A stretch of 64,000 bases of DNA, taken from the NCBI GenBank assembly GCA_963777505.1, contig CAVZQN010000011.1:32001-96000 (forward strand), in the 5' to 3' direction. The notes under the pieces were generated by a model. The model was not told where the DNA came from. It saw only the letters and a program-made list of their open reading frames with translations, and did not search any database. The number at the start of each line of letters is the position of its first letter. Within the stretch, counting starts at the first letter, position 1. Source of the stretch: an uncultured bacterium (GTDB taxonomy: Bacteria > Acidobacteriota > HRBIN11 > JAKEFK01). Below, one piece after another: positions 28,897 through 39,328 of this stretch. Made by a program: the position numbers and the translations under genes.

Positions 28897-29637
28897 TTAT
28901 TTTTTTGTATCCAATTCGGAAAGCATTTTCTCAGCAATTTTCTGGTTTGCCCTGGTTTCCGGGATCCATTCCGGATCAGGTTCCTGTTTTAACACAAGTT
29001 TTAACTGTTGTATAGCGAGACTTCTCTTGCCATCATCAAGATAAATTTCAGCAAGAAAAATTCGCGATTGTGTATCATTTGAACAAAGATTCAATGATTC
29101 ATTCAAAAAAGAAATTGCTTTCGATTTGCTTCCACCCTTAAAGAATGGAATCTCAGAATACAATTTGCCAAGTACCCGTTGGGGCCCTCCACATTCGCAC
29201 TTAGGGTCCAATTCGATACTACGCTTCATTTCTTCTTTAATTGAATCGATCAGACCGAGTGCTTCAAACACACCTGCTGTTTCAGCTTGTACAGCCATAT
29301 TCACTCCCATCCAAAAATGACCAAGACATTTATCAGGATCAATTTCGACAGCTGTTTTGCCTGCTTCAACACCCTTTTGAAAGCTCGCTTTCTTGTCGCC
29401 TGTTGCTCCGAAATTTCCCTCATACCATCGTGCTTTTGAGAGTTTCCATGCGGCTTCGTAGTTTTTAGGATCCTGCTTCAGCGCTTCATCAAGAAGTTCA
29501 ATCGCTTTTTTAAGATCCTCTTTATTCTCGCGAAGAGAGTAATGTTCCATGGCCTCCGTCACAAGGTCTTCTTCAGAAAAACTGACATGAGGTGTGACGA
29601 AGAAGAAGATTAGAAAAAATATCCTAAATAACGCCAT
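28897..29637 (-). CDS. Secreted TPR protein (TatT/RMDN-like)
   Basis: Signal peptide, TPR helices, GHFWMG, LGKLYSEIPFFKGG. Confidence 0.7.
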   Translation of the reverse strand: MALFRIFFLIFFFVTPHVSFSEEDLVTEAMEHYSLRENKEDLKKAIELLDEALKQDPKNYEAAWKLSKARWYEGNFGATGDKKASFQKGVEAGKTAVEIDPDKCLGHFWMGVNMAVQAETAGVFEALGLIDSIKEEMKRSIELDPKCECGGPQRVLGKLYSEIPFFKGGSKSKAISFLNESLNLCSNDTQSRIFLAEIYLDDGKRSLAIQQLKLVLKQEPDPEWIPETRANQKIAEKMLSELDTKK

Positions 29638-30775
29638 TGTTCTTGAATTGATCAATATCCTGTTCGGAATATCCTTGTTCGCGAAGAATTTCAAAATTAT
29701 GCTCCCCAAGAACCGGCGCCCTGAGATTGGAACACCCTTCTTTAACAAAAGGTGTGCACATTTGGGCCAAAATTCCTGATGGGTATGTTATAGGAGAGAG
29801 AAGACCGCGTGAAAGTATAGCTGGATCGAAGATCGTGTCTGGAAAATTTAGAACCGGCGAAACGCATAAATCATCATTCTGAAAGAAATCTAACCAGTCT
29901 TTTTGTGTGCGGGCTGCAAACTTCTCCGTAAGAATTTCTAGAAGTTGGGCTTGATCGTTTTGTAACTGATGATTGATGTATTGATCCAATTTCATCTTCA
30001 AACAGAATGTATGCCAGAATTTCGGTTCAAGGAAGGCGATTGCAATATATTTGTTGTCCTTAGTCCGATAAACGTTGTAACAAGCCAGTCTTCCGGAAAG
30101 CGGCATCGTATTTCCATGCAACGGAAATCCTGCAAAATGAATCCCTGCAAGAGCAATCATTGAAAAAAATGCTGAATCTAGAAGACTCACATCCAGATAT
30201 TGACCTGTCCCTTCGCGTAATCGTTGGATATAAGCCGACAGAATTGCCGATAGCGCGCAAAATGCTCCCATCGTGTCGGCAATTTGTACCGGTGGGATTA
30301 CGTATCCATGTTTTTCATTCCCAGAAAGGCTTAAAATTCCTGCAATACTAATGTAATTAAGATCGTGTGCTGGCTTTTTGGAGTGTGGTCCTTGCTGGCC
30401 AAACCCGCTGATCGAGCAATAAATCAGCGAAGGAAATCGTTCGCGAACTGAATCATAATCCAGGCCGAATCTTTTCATTACTCCAGGTCTGAACGATTCC
30501 ACTACAATGTCGGTTTTCTCAAGCAAACGTAAAATAATTTCACGTCCGGCATCTGTTTTTAGGTTGCACGTGATGGAACGCTTTCCACGATTCATTTGGA
30601 GGAACATTTGTCCGCTGCCAAATTGATACGGAGGCATATAGCGAGCGAATTCACCTTCAGGAGCTTCAACTTTGATGACTTCTGCTCCTAAATCTGCAAG
30701 CATCATCGTGCAGAGGGGGCCGGGAAAAAGACGGCTTAGATCCAGGATGCGGGTTCCTTTCAAGGAGGTATGCAA
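29624..30775 (-). CDS. CaiB/BaiF family III CoA-transferase
   Basis: ILDLSRLFPGP, LADLGAEVIKVE, ESFRPG, HDLNY, APVLGEH. Confidence 0.93.
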   Translation of the reverse strand: MHTSLKGTRILDLSRLFPGPLCTMMLADLGAEVIKVEAPEGEFARYMPPYQFGSGQMFLQMNRGKRSITCNLKTDAGREIILRLLEKTDIVVESFRPGVMKRFGLDYDSVRERFPSLIYCSISGFGQQGPHSKKPAHDLNYISIAGILSLSGNEKHGYVIPPVQIADTMGAFCALSAILSAYIQRLREGTGQYLDVSLLDSAFFSMIALAGIHFAGFPLHGNTMPLSGRLACYNVYRTKDNKYIAIAFLEPKFWHTFCLKMKLDQYINHQLQNDQAQLLEILTEKFAARTQKDWLDFFQNDDLCVSPVLNFPDTIFDPAILSRGLLSPITYPSGILAQMCTPFVKEGCSNLRAPVLGEHNFEILREQGYSEQDIDQFKNNGVI

Positions 30776-30801
30776 GCATACGTGTGTTATTTTAACATCT
30801 A

Positions 30802-30876
30802 GTAGGGGCGGCCCTTGTGGCCGCCTTGTTTGATTTTGCTTTTGTTACGGGGGCGTCCACAAGGGGCGCCCCCTAC
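30802..30876. repeat. GTAG-type REP doublet (REPIN-like)
   Basis: GTAGGGGCGGCCCTTGTGGCCGCC ... GGGCGTCCACAAGGGGCGCCCCCTAC. Confidence 0.8.
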
Positions 30877-30925
30877 CTCTTTTTGACCAAATTGTTATAT
30901 TAGTTATCACTGAAAAGGCGCAGAG

Positions 30926-32590
30926 ATGACTCAAGATAGAGAAATTTTAGAAGTTGACGTACTGTTTGTGGGCGGCGGTCCTGCCTCACTCGCCGGTGCT
31001 ATCCATCTTGCTGACTTGCTTGAAAAACAAGGAAAGAAAGATACGAATATTGTAATCATAGAAAAAGGACGCGAGATGGGTGCACATGGCATCTCAGGTG
31101 CAGTGATGGATCCTCGTGCGTTGCGCGAATTAATCCCGGATTTCTTAGAGCAGGGCGCACCTGTTGAGTCTGAAGCAAAGGACGATCAAGTCTACTTCAT
31201 GACGGAAAAGAGTGCGTTTCGATTTCCAATCAATCCACCTTTTTTGAATAATCACGGCAACTACATTATTTCGCTCGGAAAGTTTGTTCAGTGGCTTGCA
31301 CAAAAAGCGGAAGCAAAAGGGATTAATGTTTTTACTGGCTTCCCAGGTGCAGAATTATTGATCGAAGGCGGGGCAATTGTAGGCGTTCGTACAGGCGACA
31401 AAGGAATTGATAAGAACGGTAACTCAAAAAGCAATTTTGAACCCGGCATTGATATCCGGGCCAAAGTAACAATCCTTGGTGAAGGTCCGCGAGGAACACT
31501 TACGAAGAAGATTACAAATCTTTGGAAAATGGACGGACTAAATCCGCAGGTGTATGCCGTCGGAATTAAAGAAGTTTGGGAAGTACCGGAAGGAAATTTC
31601 GCTACAGGAAAAGTCATTCATACGATGGGTCATCCGTTGAAAAGTGAAACATTCGGTGGTGGATTTATTTATGGAATGGCCAACAATCTTGTTTCAATAG
31701 GCTTTGTTGTTGGTCTTGATTACAAGAATCCATTTTTGGATCCTCATAGCGAATTTCAAAAATACAAACTGCATCCACTGGTTGCGAAAATTTTGAAAGG
31801 CGGAAAAGTTCAGAGTTATGGAGCTAAGGCTATCCCGGAAGGCGGTTGGTATTCAATTCCAAAACTGTACGCAAACGGATTAATGTTGATTGGCGATTCC
31901 GCCTCACTTTTAAATGGTCAACGTTTAAAGGGGATTCATCTTGCGATGAAATCCGGTATGCTTGCCGCAGAAACTGCTGCTGAAGCCTTAGAAAAGAATG
32001 ATGCATCTGAAACCGTTCTCAGTTCGTACAAAAATCGAATTGAAAAAAGCTGGATCCGTGACGAACTATGGAAAGTGCGAAATTTTCATCAGCCATATGA
32101 AAAAGGATTTTGGATCGGAATGGTGCACACTGCATTGCAGTTTGTGACAGGCGGTAGAGGTTTAATTGATCCATGGAAAGCAAAGGCTGGCCATGAAGAG
32201 ATGAAAAAAATCTCGGAATATTATGGTTCGAATCCGCCAGATGCTTTTGCCTTAAAAGTAAAAGAAGACAAGCAGCTTACATTTGCAAAACTTACAGATG
32301 TTTATTTTTCAGGCACGATTCATGAAGAAAATCAGCCAGTACATTTAAAAGTTAGGGATCTAAACATTTGTCATAATCAATGTGTTGTGGAATATGGAAA
32401 TCCCTGTCAGCACTTTTGTCCGGCAAATGTTTATGAAATGGTGGAAGAAAAACCTGGCGAAGGGAAGCGTTTGCGAATCAATGCCAGCAACTGCGTTCAT
32501 TGCAAAACGTGTGACATCATGGATCCGTATGCGATTATTGATTGGGTGACACCCGAAGGCGGCGGCGGACCGAATTATAAAAACCTGTAA
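30926..32590 (+). CDS. Electron transfer flavoprotein-ubiquinone oxidoreductase
   Basis: GGGPAS FAD motif, KGIHLAMKSG, FCPANVYE, NCVHCKTCDI, PEGGGGP. Confidence 0.95.
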   Translation: MTQDREILEVDVLFVGGGPASLAGAIHLADLLEKQGKKDTNIVIIEKGREMGAHGISGAVMDPRALRELIPDFLEQGAPVESEAKDDQVYFMTEKSAFRFPINPPFLNNHGNYIISLGKFVQWLAQKAEAKGINVFTGFPGAELLIEGGAIVGVRTGDKGIDKNGNSKSNFEPGIDIRAKVTILGEGPRGTLTKKITNLWKMDGLNPQVYAVGIKEVWEVPEGNFATGKVIHTMGHPLKSETFGGGFIYGMANNLVSIGFVVGLDYKNPFLDPHSEFQKYKLHPLVAKILKGGKVQSYGAKAIPEGGWYSIPKLYANGLMLIGDSASLLNGQRLKGIHLAMKSGMLAAETAAEALEKNDASETVLSSYKNRIEKSWIRDELWKVRNFHQPYEKGFWIGMVHTALQFVTGGRGLIDPWKAKAGHEEMKKISEYYGSNPPDAFALKVKEDKQLTFAKLTDVYFSGTIHEENQPVHLKVRDLNICHNQCVVEYGNPCQHFCPANVYEMVEEKPGEGKRLRINASNCVHCKTCDIMDPYAIIDWVTPEGGGGPNYKNL

Positions 32591-32602
32591 ACGATTTTTT
32601 TT

Positions 32603-32710
32603 AACGCAGAGTACGCCGAGTAATTTTTGGATTTATCTCAGCGTACTCGGCGTTAAAAAAGTGCGCCTACAAACACAAAGGACGCAGAATTTCTTCTGCG
32701 TCCCTTGTTG
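32603..32710. terminator. Two hairpins between convergent genes (inverted ACGCAGAG-family repeat; likely terminators)
   Basis: AACGCAGAGTACGCCGAG...CTCAGCGTACTCGGCGTT and GGACGCAGAA-TTT-CTTCTGCGTCC. Confidence 0.55.
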
Positions 32711-32745
32711 AATCCCCCCTAATTACTAGTTCCAAACGTGGAGCT

Positions 32746-33171
32746 TTAACTATTCCGAAACAAATTCTGAATTGTATCTAGTATAGCTTGCATGGTAACA
32801 GGCTTTATCAATGTGGAATTTATGAATGAAGATTGTTCGATTTCTTCACTACCCATTCCTGTTAGCAAAATGATCTTTGCTTCAGGATTCATTTCCCGGA
32901 GCTTCTCAGCAAGTTCATGGCCTTTCATATCCGGCATTAAATTATCTGTAATGACCAGATCTACTTCATTGGACTGATACATTTTTACAGCGTCAGCCCC
33001 TCGAGCTGCTGCGAACGTGGTATGCCCGAACCATGCGAGAATCGCTACCATCGCTTCGCGAATTGTATCGTCATCATCTACAAATAAAATCCGCAGCGGT
33101 GATATCGTTTTCTGCTCAAAATCTTCCTGATCCGCATTTGATGACACTGAATAGGTTGTTTGTACCTGCAT
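32746..33171 (-). CDS. Stand-alone response regulator receiver
   Basis: LFVDDD, ITDNLMP, LTG, IKP. Confidence 0.88.
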   Translation of the reverse strand: MQVQTTYSVSSNADQEDFEQKTISPLRILFVDDDDTIREAMVAILAWFGHTTFAAARGADAVKMYQSNEVDLVITDNLMPDMKGHELAEKLREMNPEAKIILLTGMGSEEIEQSSFINSTLIKPVTMQAILDTIQNLFRNS

Positions 33172-33173
33172 AA

Positions 33174-33365
33174 TTATCCCTGTTGCTCCTGTCGCACTAC
33201 CGCGGTCCATGTTTCACCTGCCAATTCTGCTTCTGCTTCCTTCACAATTGCTTCCATGGCAGCTGCTAATGTCATTCGATCCCAAGTTACTGAACCATCT
33301 TCAACCGATACAACCCGAAATTGTTTTTCCAGCTCATATGCGGCTTTTAACTTCTGCATTTCCAT
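33174..33365 (-). CDS. Small hypothetical protein
   Basis: Strong GAGGAGG RBS; follows a sigma54 promoter; ends 2 nt before the receiver gene. Confidence 0.65.
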   Translation of the reverse strand: MEMQKLKAAYELEKQFRVVSVEDGSVTWDRMTLAAAMEAIVKEAEAELAGETWTAVVRQEQQG

Positions 33366-33394
33366 CTTCCTCCTCTCCAATCAATATTCCCTTT

Positions 33395-33410
33395 AGCAAG
33401 AGGTATGCCA
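33395..33410 (-). promoter_or_regulatory. Sigma54 -24/-12 promoter
   Basis: TGGCATACCTCTTGCT (GG-N10-GC). Confidence 0.75.
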
Positions 33411-33553
33411 GGGATTCCAATCGGTGTATATCGTCGATACGTTGTATGTGAACGGGAAGAGATCAGCGTATTGAAAAGCAACAGATGCAGCGTAAGTCTA
33501 TATGGGTCAGCTAATTACAGGTAGATGTATAAAAAACGAACAGGCAACTGGGG

Positions 33554-34231
33554 TTAGTTTTTGAGAAACTTCAAGTCAGGTTGCGGCCAGGTGATTACGA
33601 GACCACGGCCAACACCGGCTGCGACTTTTTCGCCGTACAGCAAATGGACTAAATACATTGCGACATCATAGCTTTTCGCGCCGCCTTGTGAGGTAAGAAA
33701 TTTACCGTCCTGCACAAAGGAATAATTTTCCAGCGTTAACACTTTTGGAAAGTGTTTGCGAAATGCTTCTACATCAGCGGGGAATGTCGTTGCCTTTTTT
33801 CCATTCAATAGACCTGTATTGGCAACGATGAAAGCGCCATCACAGAGTGTCACAACATATTGAGCTTTTTCGGAAGTATCTTTAACCCATTGTTTCAGTT
33901 CATCGTTTTTCAGATCGGAACTCATGTTGTGTTCTGCGCTCGGAACCACAAGGACATCAATCTGAGGAGCATTTCGTATGCTGTAGTGAGTTTCCAAACG
34001 CAGACCTTCAAATGTCGTGACAGGTTGGCCATTCAGAGAAACAGTAAAGACACGCATGCCAGGTTTTGTATGAAAGACAGTGTGATGAAAGATGTCATAT
34101 GGGGCCACTAGTTCTGAGTTGTAAACATGATCTAAAACCAAAAACCCTACTTGCATCGGCTGTTTTTCTGCAGCAAAACCGCTCATGCAAAACAGCATTA
34201 ACAAAATGGAAAAGACGAATCTCTGCGTCAT
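33554..34231 (-). CDS. Secreted DJ-1/PfpI family protein
   Basis: Signal peptide, TLCDGAF nucleophile Cys, DGKFLTSQG. Confidence 0.85.
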   Translation of the reverse strand: MTQRFVFSILLMLFCMSGFAAEKQPMQVGFLVLDHVYNSELVAPYDIFHHTVFHTKPGMRVFTVSLNGQPVTTFEGLRLETHYSIRNAPQIDVLVVPSAEHNMSSDLKNDELKQWVKDTSEKAQYVVTLCDGAFIVANTGLLNGKKATTFPADVEAFRKHFPKVLTLENYSFVQDGKFLTSQGGAKSYDVAMYLVHLLYGEKVAAGVGRGLVITWPQPDLKFLKN

Positions 34232-35229
34232 TGCGGTTCAGCGGACCGTAAAAATTCAGTTGCTTCTTCCGGCGGAACGGGATTGATATAAAATCCGGTT
34301 CCCCATTCAAATCCAGCAACGTTGGACAATTTCGGAATAATCTCAATATGCCAGTGAAAATACTCGCCTGTATTTTCATAAAAAGGAGAGGAATGAATCA
34401 TCATGTTGTATGCAGGCACCTCAAGCGTCCTATCCATTTTCGATAAGACTGATTTCAAGAGTTTCGCAAGCTGCTCAAATTGTTGTTTCTGTCCATCCTC
34501 AAAAAAAGCACTATGTTGTTTTGGCAGAATGATCATTTCAAAAGGAAAGCGTGAAGCAAAAGGAGCAAGCGCTATAAATGAATTATTCTCTTCGATAATT
34601 CTTGAACCCTCTTCTTTTTCTTGTTGAATGATGTCGCAATATACACATCGTTCCTTGTAATTGAAATATCCTTTTGCACCGGAAATCATTTCTGCAGTTC
34701 TTTTTGGCACAATTGGGAGTGCAATCAGCTGCGAATGGGTATGTTCGAGCGATGCTCCTGCCGCTTCTCCTTCATTTTTAAAGATCATAATGTAACGCAA
34801 CCGCTTATCTTTCTTTAAATCCAAAACGCGATCACGATAGGCCCAAAATACGTTTTCAATATCTTGATCCGACATTTTTGAAAGTGTCATGTCGTGTTGT
34901 GGAGATTCTACGATCACTTCATGTGCGCCGATGCCGCTCATGCGGTCGTAAATTCCTTCGCCTTCACGGCTAAGCGTACCTTCGATTTGAAGCGCCGGAT
35001 ATTTATTGGGCACTACGCGAAGCGTCCAACCGGCCGCATCTTTTGCAGAACCATTGTTGCGGTATGCAAGCACTTCGGAAGGTGTGTGTGTTTCATTCCC
35101 TTCGCAAAAAGGGCAGAAGCCTCCTTTGCGCTCAACATCATACTTTCCATTTGCAAGCGGACGCTTTCCTCGTTCTGTAGAGATGATCACCCAGCGCCCT
35201 AACACAGGATCTTTTCGTAACTCAGGCAT
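34228..35229 (-). CDS. galT: Galactose-1-phosphate uridylyltransferase
   Basis: MPELRKDP, CPFC, NKYPAL, GASLEHTHSQ, AGFEWGTG. Confidence 0.93.
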   Translation of the reverse strand: MPELRKDPVLGRWVIISTERGKRPLANGKYDVERKGGFCPFCEGNETHTPSEVLAYRNNGSAKDAAGWTLRVVPNKYPALQIEGTLSREGEGIYDRMSGIGAHEVIVESPQHDMTLSKMSDQDIENVFWAYRDRVLDLKKDKRLRYIMIFKNEGEAAGASLEHTHSQLIALPIVPKRTAEMISGAKGYFNYKERCVYCDIIQQEKEEGSRIIEENNSFIALAPFASRFPFEMIILPKQHSAFFEDGQKQQFEQLAKLLKSVLSKMDRTLEVPAYNMMIHSSPFYENTGEYFHWHIEIIPKLSNVAGFEWGTGFYINPVPPEEATEFLRSAEPQ

Positions 35230-35281
35230 AACTACCTTTCCCCCAAATATACCTTCTAATATGTCGCGTATCAGCATCTCA

Positions 35282-35305
35282 GTAGGGGCGGGTCTAAGAC
35301 CCGCC
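35282..35305. repeat. GTAG-type REP
   Basis: GTAGGGGCGGGTCTAAGACCCGCC. Confidence 0.75.
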
Positions 35306-35309
35306 AGTA

Positions 35310-35678
35310 CTAAAATGCATGGCGGATCCATTCAATTTCTGCTTTCATCGCGTCGTCAAGAACAATACTGATCACATCAAAACGGATTTCTCTTCCGCTG
35401 AACCTGCGATGCTGAATGTACTGACGCGCAGCCACCTTTAGGTTCTTTCGTTTTTTGAACCGTACGTTTTCCCAGGGCTGAGCGTAGTTTGAATCGCTTC
35501 TGGTCTTTACTTCAACAAAGATAAGAAAATTCTTATCCTCAGCAACAATATCAATTTCTCCACCGCGAACAGAATAATTCCGATCCAGGATCTTTAGTTT
35601 TTGTTTTTTTAAGAAATGGCAAGCCTGATCTTCTCCAAAACGGCTCAAATCGAAAGGCTCAACTAGACTTTTTTCCAT
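35310..35678 (-). CDS. yraN: YraN-family endonuclease-like protein
   Basis: GEIDIVA, FVEVKTR, RFDV. Confidence 0.9.
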   Translation of the reverse strand: MEKSLVEPFDLSRFGEDQACHFLKKQKLKILDRNYSVRGGEIDIVAEDKNFLIFVEVKTRSDSNYAQPWENVRFKKRKNLKVAARQYIQHRRFSGREIRFDVISIVLDDAMKAEIEWIRHAF

Positions 35679-37048
35679 CGGGTTCCGGAAGGAGTATCTT
35701 CTAAGACAATTCCCTGATTTCTTAGCATATCTCGGATTTCATCGGAAGTCTTAAAGTCCTTCCGCCTTCTTGCTTCATTCCTTTTTTCAATCCAACTTTC
35801 GACTTCGTCCGAAACGGAATCTTCTGGAAAACTAACGACATCAAGAATCTGATCCATTTTCCGAATTGTGGCACGGATTAAATTCGCATCATCTGCCAAA
35901 AGTGAGCCTGAATCGGCAAGTTTATTCACATCTCGGATCAATTCAAATAATGAGGCAAGAGCCCCGGATACATTCAGGTCATCATCCAATGCAGATTCAA
36001 AATTACGGATGGCATTTTGTGTAAGTGTTTCAACTTCTGGAGATTTGCCTGCAGAGAATGAATCATTTTTAAGACGATAGAGAAAATCGCGCAGACGGCT
36101 CAATGATCCAGTCGCTTGCTGAAGTGTGGCCTCTCCGAAGCTGAGTTGTTTCCGGTAATGAACAGAGATCAACATGTAACGCAAAACAAGTGGATCATGA
36201 CCTTCTTCAATTAAGTCTCGAACGGTGTAGAAGTTTCCTTTTGACTTGGCCATTTTTTCGCCTTCTACAATCAAGTGTGCGCTATGCAGCCAATAATTTG
36301 AGAAAGGCCCTTCCAGATAACTTTCACTCTGTGCGATCTCATTTTCATGGTGCGGAAAAATGTTATCGACTCCACCTGCATGGATATCCAGCGGATGTCC
36401 CAAATACTTTACGGACATTGCTGAACATTCGATGTGCCATCCAGGACGTCCATCGCCAAAAGGTGAAGGCCAGAAATCTTCGCCTTCTTTGCGTCCTTTC
36501 CAAAGCACAAAATCTTTTGGACTTTCTTTGCTATAGTCATCTGAATCCACACGATATCCATCAATCAGACCTGAAGCGTCGATACCTGAAAGTTTTCCAT
36601 AACCTGGAAAAGAAGTAATTCTGAAATAAACCGAATCATGAGCTTGATACGCATGCCCCTTTTCTAAAAGTTTTTGAGTGATTTCGATCATTTCCGGAAC
36701 ATGATCAGTTGCGCGTGGATATTCCTGTGCAGGAACAATTTTCAAAATGTCTCGATCTTCAAAAAATGCTTGAGTATAAATATCGGTATATTCGCGCAAG
36801 CTTAATCCCTGTTTACGTGCTTTCAGAATTGTCTTGTCATCAATATCCGTGATGTTCATAACGTGATGAACATCAAAACCTTTATACGCGAGATATCGCC
36901 TTAAAATGTCTTCAAAAAGAAACGTTCGAAAGTTACCAATATGGGCACGATCATGAACAGTAGGCCCGCAAGTGTACAAGCGCACTTTTTGCGGTTCAAC
37001 TGGTTTGAATTCTTGTAATTGCTGACCGAGCGTATTAAAAAGCTGCAT
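35663..37048 (-). CDS. cysS: Cysteine-tRNA ligase
   Basis: CGPTV..AHIGN, GRPGWHIECS, FPHHENE, KMAKS. Confidence 0.97.
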   Translation of the reverse strand: MQLFNTLGQQLQEFKPVEPQKVRLYTCGPTVHDRAHIGNFRTFLFEDILRRYLAYKGFDVHHVMNITDIDDKTILKARKQGLSLREYTDIYTQAFFEDRDILKIVPAQEYPRATDHVPEMIEITQKLLEKGHAYQAHDSVYFRITSFPGYGKLSGIDASGLIDGYRVDSDDYSKESPKDFVLWKGRKEGEDFWPSPFGDGRPGWHIECSAMSVKYLGHPLDIHAGGVDNIFPHHENEIAQSESYLEGPFSNYWLHSAHLIVEGEKMAKSKGNFYTVRDLIEEGHDPLVLRYMLISVHYRKQLSFGEATLQQATGSLSRLRDFLYRLKNDSFSAGKSPEVETLTQNAIRNFESALDDDLNVSGALASLFELIRDVNKLADSGSLLADDANLIRATIRKMDQILDVVSFPEDSVSDEVESWIEKRNEARRRKDFKTSDEIRDMLRNQGIVLEDTPSGTRWKKV

Positions 37049-38222
37049 TTTCTTGATAACTAAAATTGTGGCTCAGAAGCTTTTCGTAAATCGAAATCAC
37101 TCGTGGCCATGTGTAATATTTTTCAACATATTTTTGCCCATTCACGCCTAAAAGGTGATGGACATGCGGATGAGTGAGCATGTAGTCAATCGATGCAGAA
37201 AATTCATCGTAGTCATTATAAAAGAGTCCCGCATTGCTTTTAATGCAATGATCTTTTAATACTGCACTGTTTTCTCTGACAAGTACTGGAGTTTTGGCGG
37301 CAAAACTCTCCAGCAATAATAAGGAAAGACTTTCCATCACTGAAGGAATAATCGTAAGACTGGCGCCCATCAAAGCTTCCCATTTTTCTTGTTCACTCAA
37401 ATAACCAAGATAAATAATGGATCGGTCACGCGGAAGTTCCATACTTAAATGTCCTGATAGGATCAATAAAGGGAAATCCGGATCATTTCGTTTTTTCCGT
37501 AAATAGAAATCGATGAGCTCATGGCATCCTTTGCCTGCGTCGATTCTCCCGCCATAGTAAAAATAGCTTTCCATCAGGCCTTGCTTCCGTTTGAAAACAC
37601 GTTTGTTGATGTGTGCAGGCGGTTCCACTCCGACACCTGCAACATCTTGAAGCTGTGTTGGTTGAAACATGTTGTGAACGAACTGTCTTTCGCCTTCAGT
37701 GTTATAGATCAACGCGTATGGTTTGGAGAATACCTCGCGGAAAATACCAAGGCGGATTGCCGGTTCATCGTGCGCTGTTGGAACAAGTACGCTCTTCTCC
37801 GGGGCAATTTGAAGTCCATGGTATGCAGGGTAGTACAAATATGTGAAGAAAAGGAGTCTGTCGTAAGAGCGATGCTGTGTCTTCAAAAAATCGATAAGGC
37901 CAGGCGCGAAAGGTCCCTGGTCTTCAAGCCACTTCAGTTCATCGTTAATCGTATGAGGTTTGTAGTAGATTTCTTCCGAAAATTTATTAAACGATTCCAG
38001 ATCGCGAGTCCGTATCGTTGGAAAACGATAGACCGTGACATTGTTAATTGTGCTCCGGCCCTGTGGATATTCATTTTTCCATGAAATGTAATCTTTGGCA
38101 CACGTGGTTAAGATATCGATTTCGTGTCTTCGTGCGAGCCGTTCTGCGATCATACGGCAAAGATGTTCCGAACCACCTGTGATCTCTGGGCCGTATCGTT
38201 GAACGACTATTCCAATTTTCAT
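37035..38222 (-). CDS. GT4 glycosyltransferase
   Basis: VVQRYG..GGSE, PTAHDE, GRIDAGKG, ESLSLLLLE. Confidence 0.9.
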   Translation of the reverse strand: MKIGIVVQRYGPEITGGSEHLCRMIAERLARRHEIDILTTCAKDYISWKNEYPQGRSTINNVTVYRFPTIRTRDLESFNKFSEEIYYKPHTINDELKWLEDQGPFAPGLIDFLKTQHRSYDRLLFFTYLYYPAYHGLQIAPEKSVLVPTAHDEPAIRLGIFREVFSKPYALIYNTEGERQFVHNMFQPTQLQDVAGVGVEPPAHINKRVFKRKQGLMESYFYYGGRIDAGKGCHELIDFYLRKKRNDPDFPLLILSGHLSMELPRDRSIIYLGYLSEQEKWEALMGASLTIIPSVMESLSLLLLESFAAKTPVLVRENSAVLKDHCIKSNAGLFYNDYDEFSASIDYMLTHPHVHHLLGVNGQKYVEKYYTWPRVISIYEKLLSHNFSYQENAAF

Positions 38223-38249
38223 AAATTATTCACCACAGTGACGCAAAGT

Positions 38250-39318
38250 TTACAACAAAGGTGAAAGAAATTCTTGAATCGAGTTTTCAATTTCTACGCG
38301 GCTAAAGTCTTTCAGTCGTTCTTTTTGATTTTGAATGATTGCGTCGCGGAATGCAGTATCAGTATCTAGACGATTGCAGATTGCAGCAATATCGCTGTAG
38401 TCTTTCTTTTCAAATTGTATCCCCGCTTTCCCCAGCGTATACGGTACTGCAGTCGCAGCATATGCGACGATCGGCGTCTCACAAATCATAGCCTCAACAA
38501 GAGGAACACAAAATCCTTCATGTTCACTCATGGAGACAAAAACATGCGAGCTCTTATAGTACGCGACCAACTCCGGCCAATCAACATGACCTGCAAAATA
38601 AAACGTCTTCCGGCATCAAGCCAAGCGACATTCGAATTGTAGTCAGTGACGCATAATACTCGGGAATTACATTTGTTTTACCAACCAAAACCAATCGCGC
38701 AGGTTTAATGAAATATTTTTTGTAAAAATAAAGCAGCTTCAGAAGATCTTCTATCTTTTTGTTCGGTGCGATTCTTCCAACAAAAAGGATATTAAAACAT
38801 TCATCATTCATCCTATCCAGAACCATCTGCGATGATGCAACCTGGTATCGTTCTTGTTTTACGTAAATTGGAAGTACGCATGTATTTCGGAAATGCAAAT
38901 TTTCAATTTCCTGGCGATTGTATTCCGAGTCTCCGGCGGATCTTTCTATAAATGGTGCGAGGCTCTCCAGCTCCTTTCTGCCTGCATATGCAAGATGCAG
39001 CAGGGAAGGGTCATACCGAATCCAATAGTGGGCAGGGGTTATGTTGTGATAGATCAGTGCTTTCTTACACGATGCACGTTTGATGAAGTCTGTCATTCCT
39101 GATGGAAGAGCAAAATGATAGATCAGAATGTCGTTGCTGTTTGTTTCAGGCCTTGAATCATTGAAGTTGATCGCTTCACCGGCAAGCGAATCATCAATCG
39201 TATATGCATAGATTTCTGAGGAATGTCCTTGAGTTTGCAGAAAGCGCCGCATTGCGCGCGCGCTATCACCGATCGCGTCGCCATCATGCAATGCGGGAAC
39301 AAGTTGGTGGATCTGCAT
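38250..39318 (-). CDS. GT4 glycosyltransferase, frameshifted near 38595
   Basis: GDAIG, YHNITP, GRIAPNK, then SEHEGFCVPLVE. One extra T restores VLFAGHVDWPELVAYY. Confidence 0.85.
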
Positions 39319-39328
39319 TTACAATTTC

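Noticed and set aside
35230-35331. N-terminal extension of galT
   Set aside because: Translates a REP element; the real start is MPELRK at 35229
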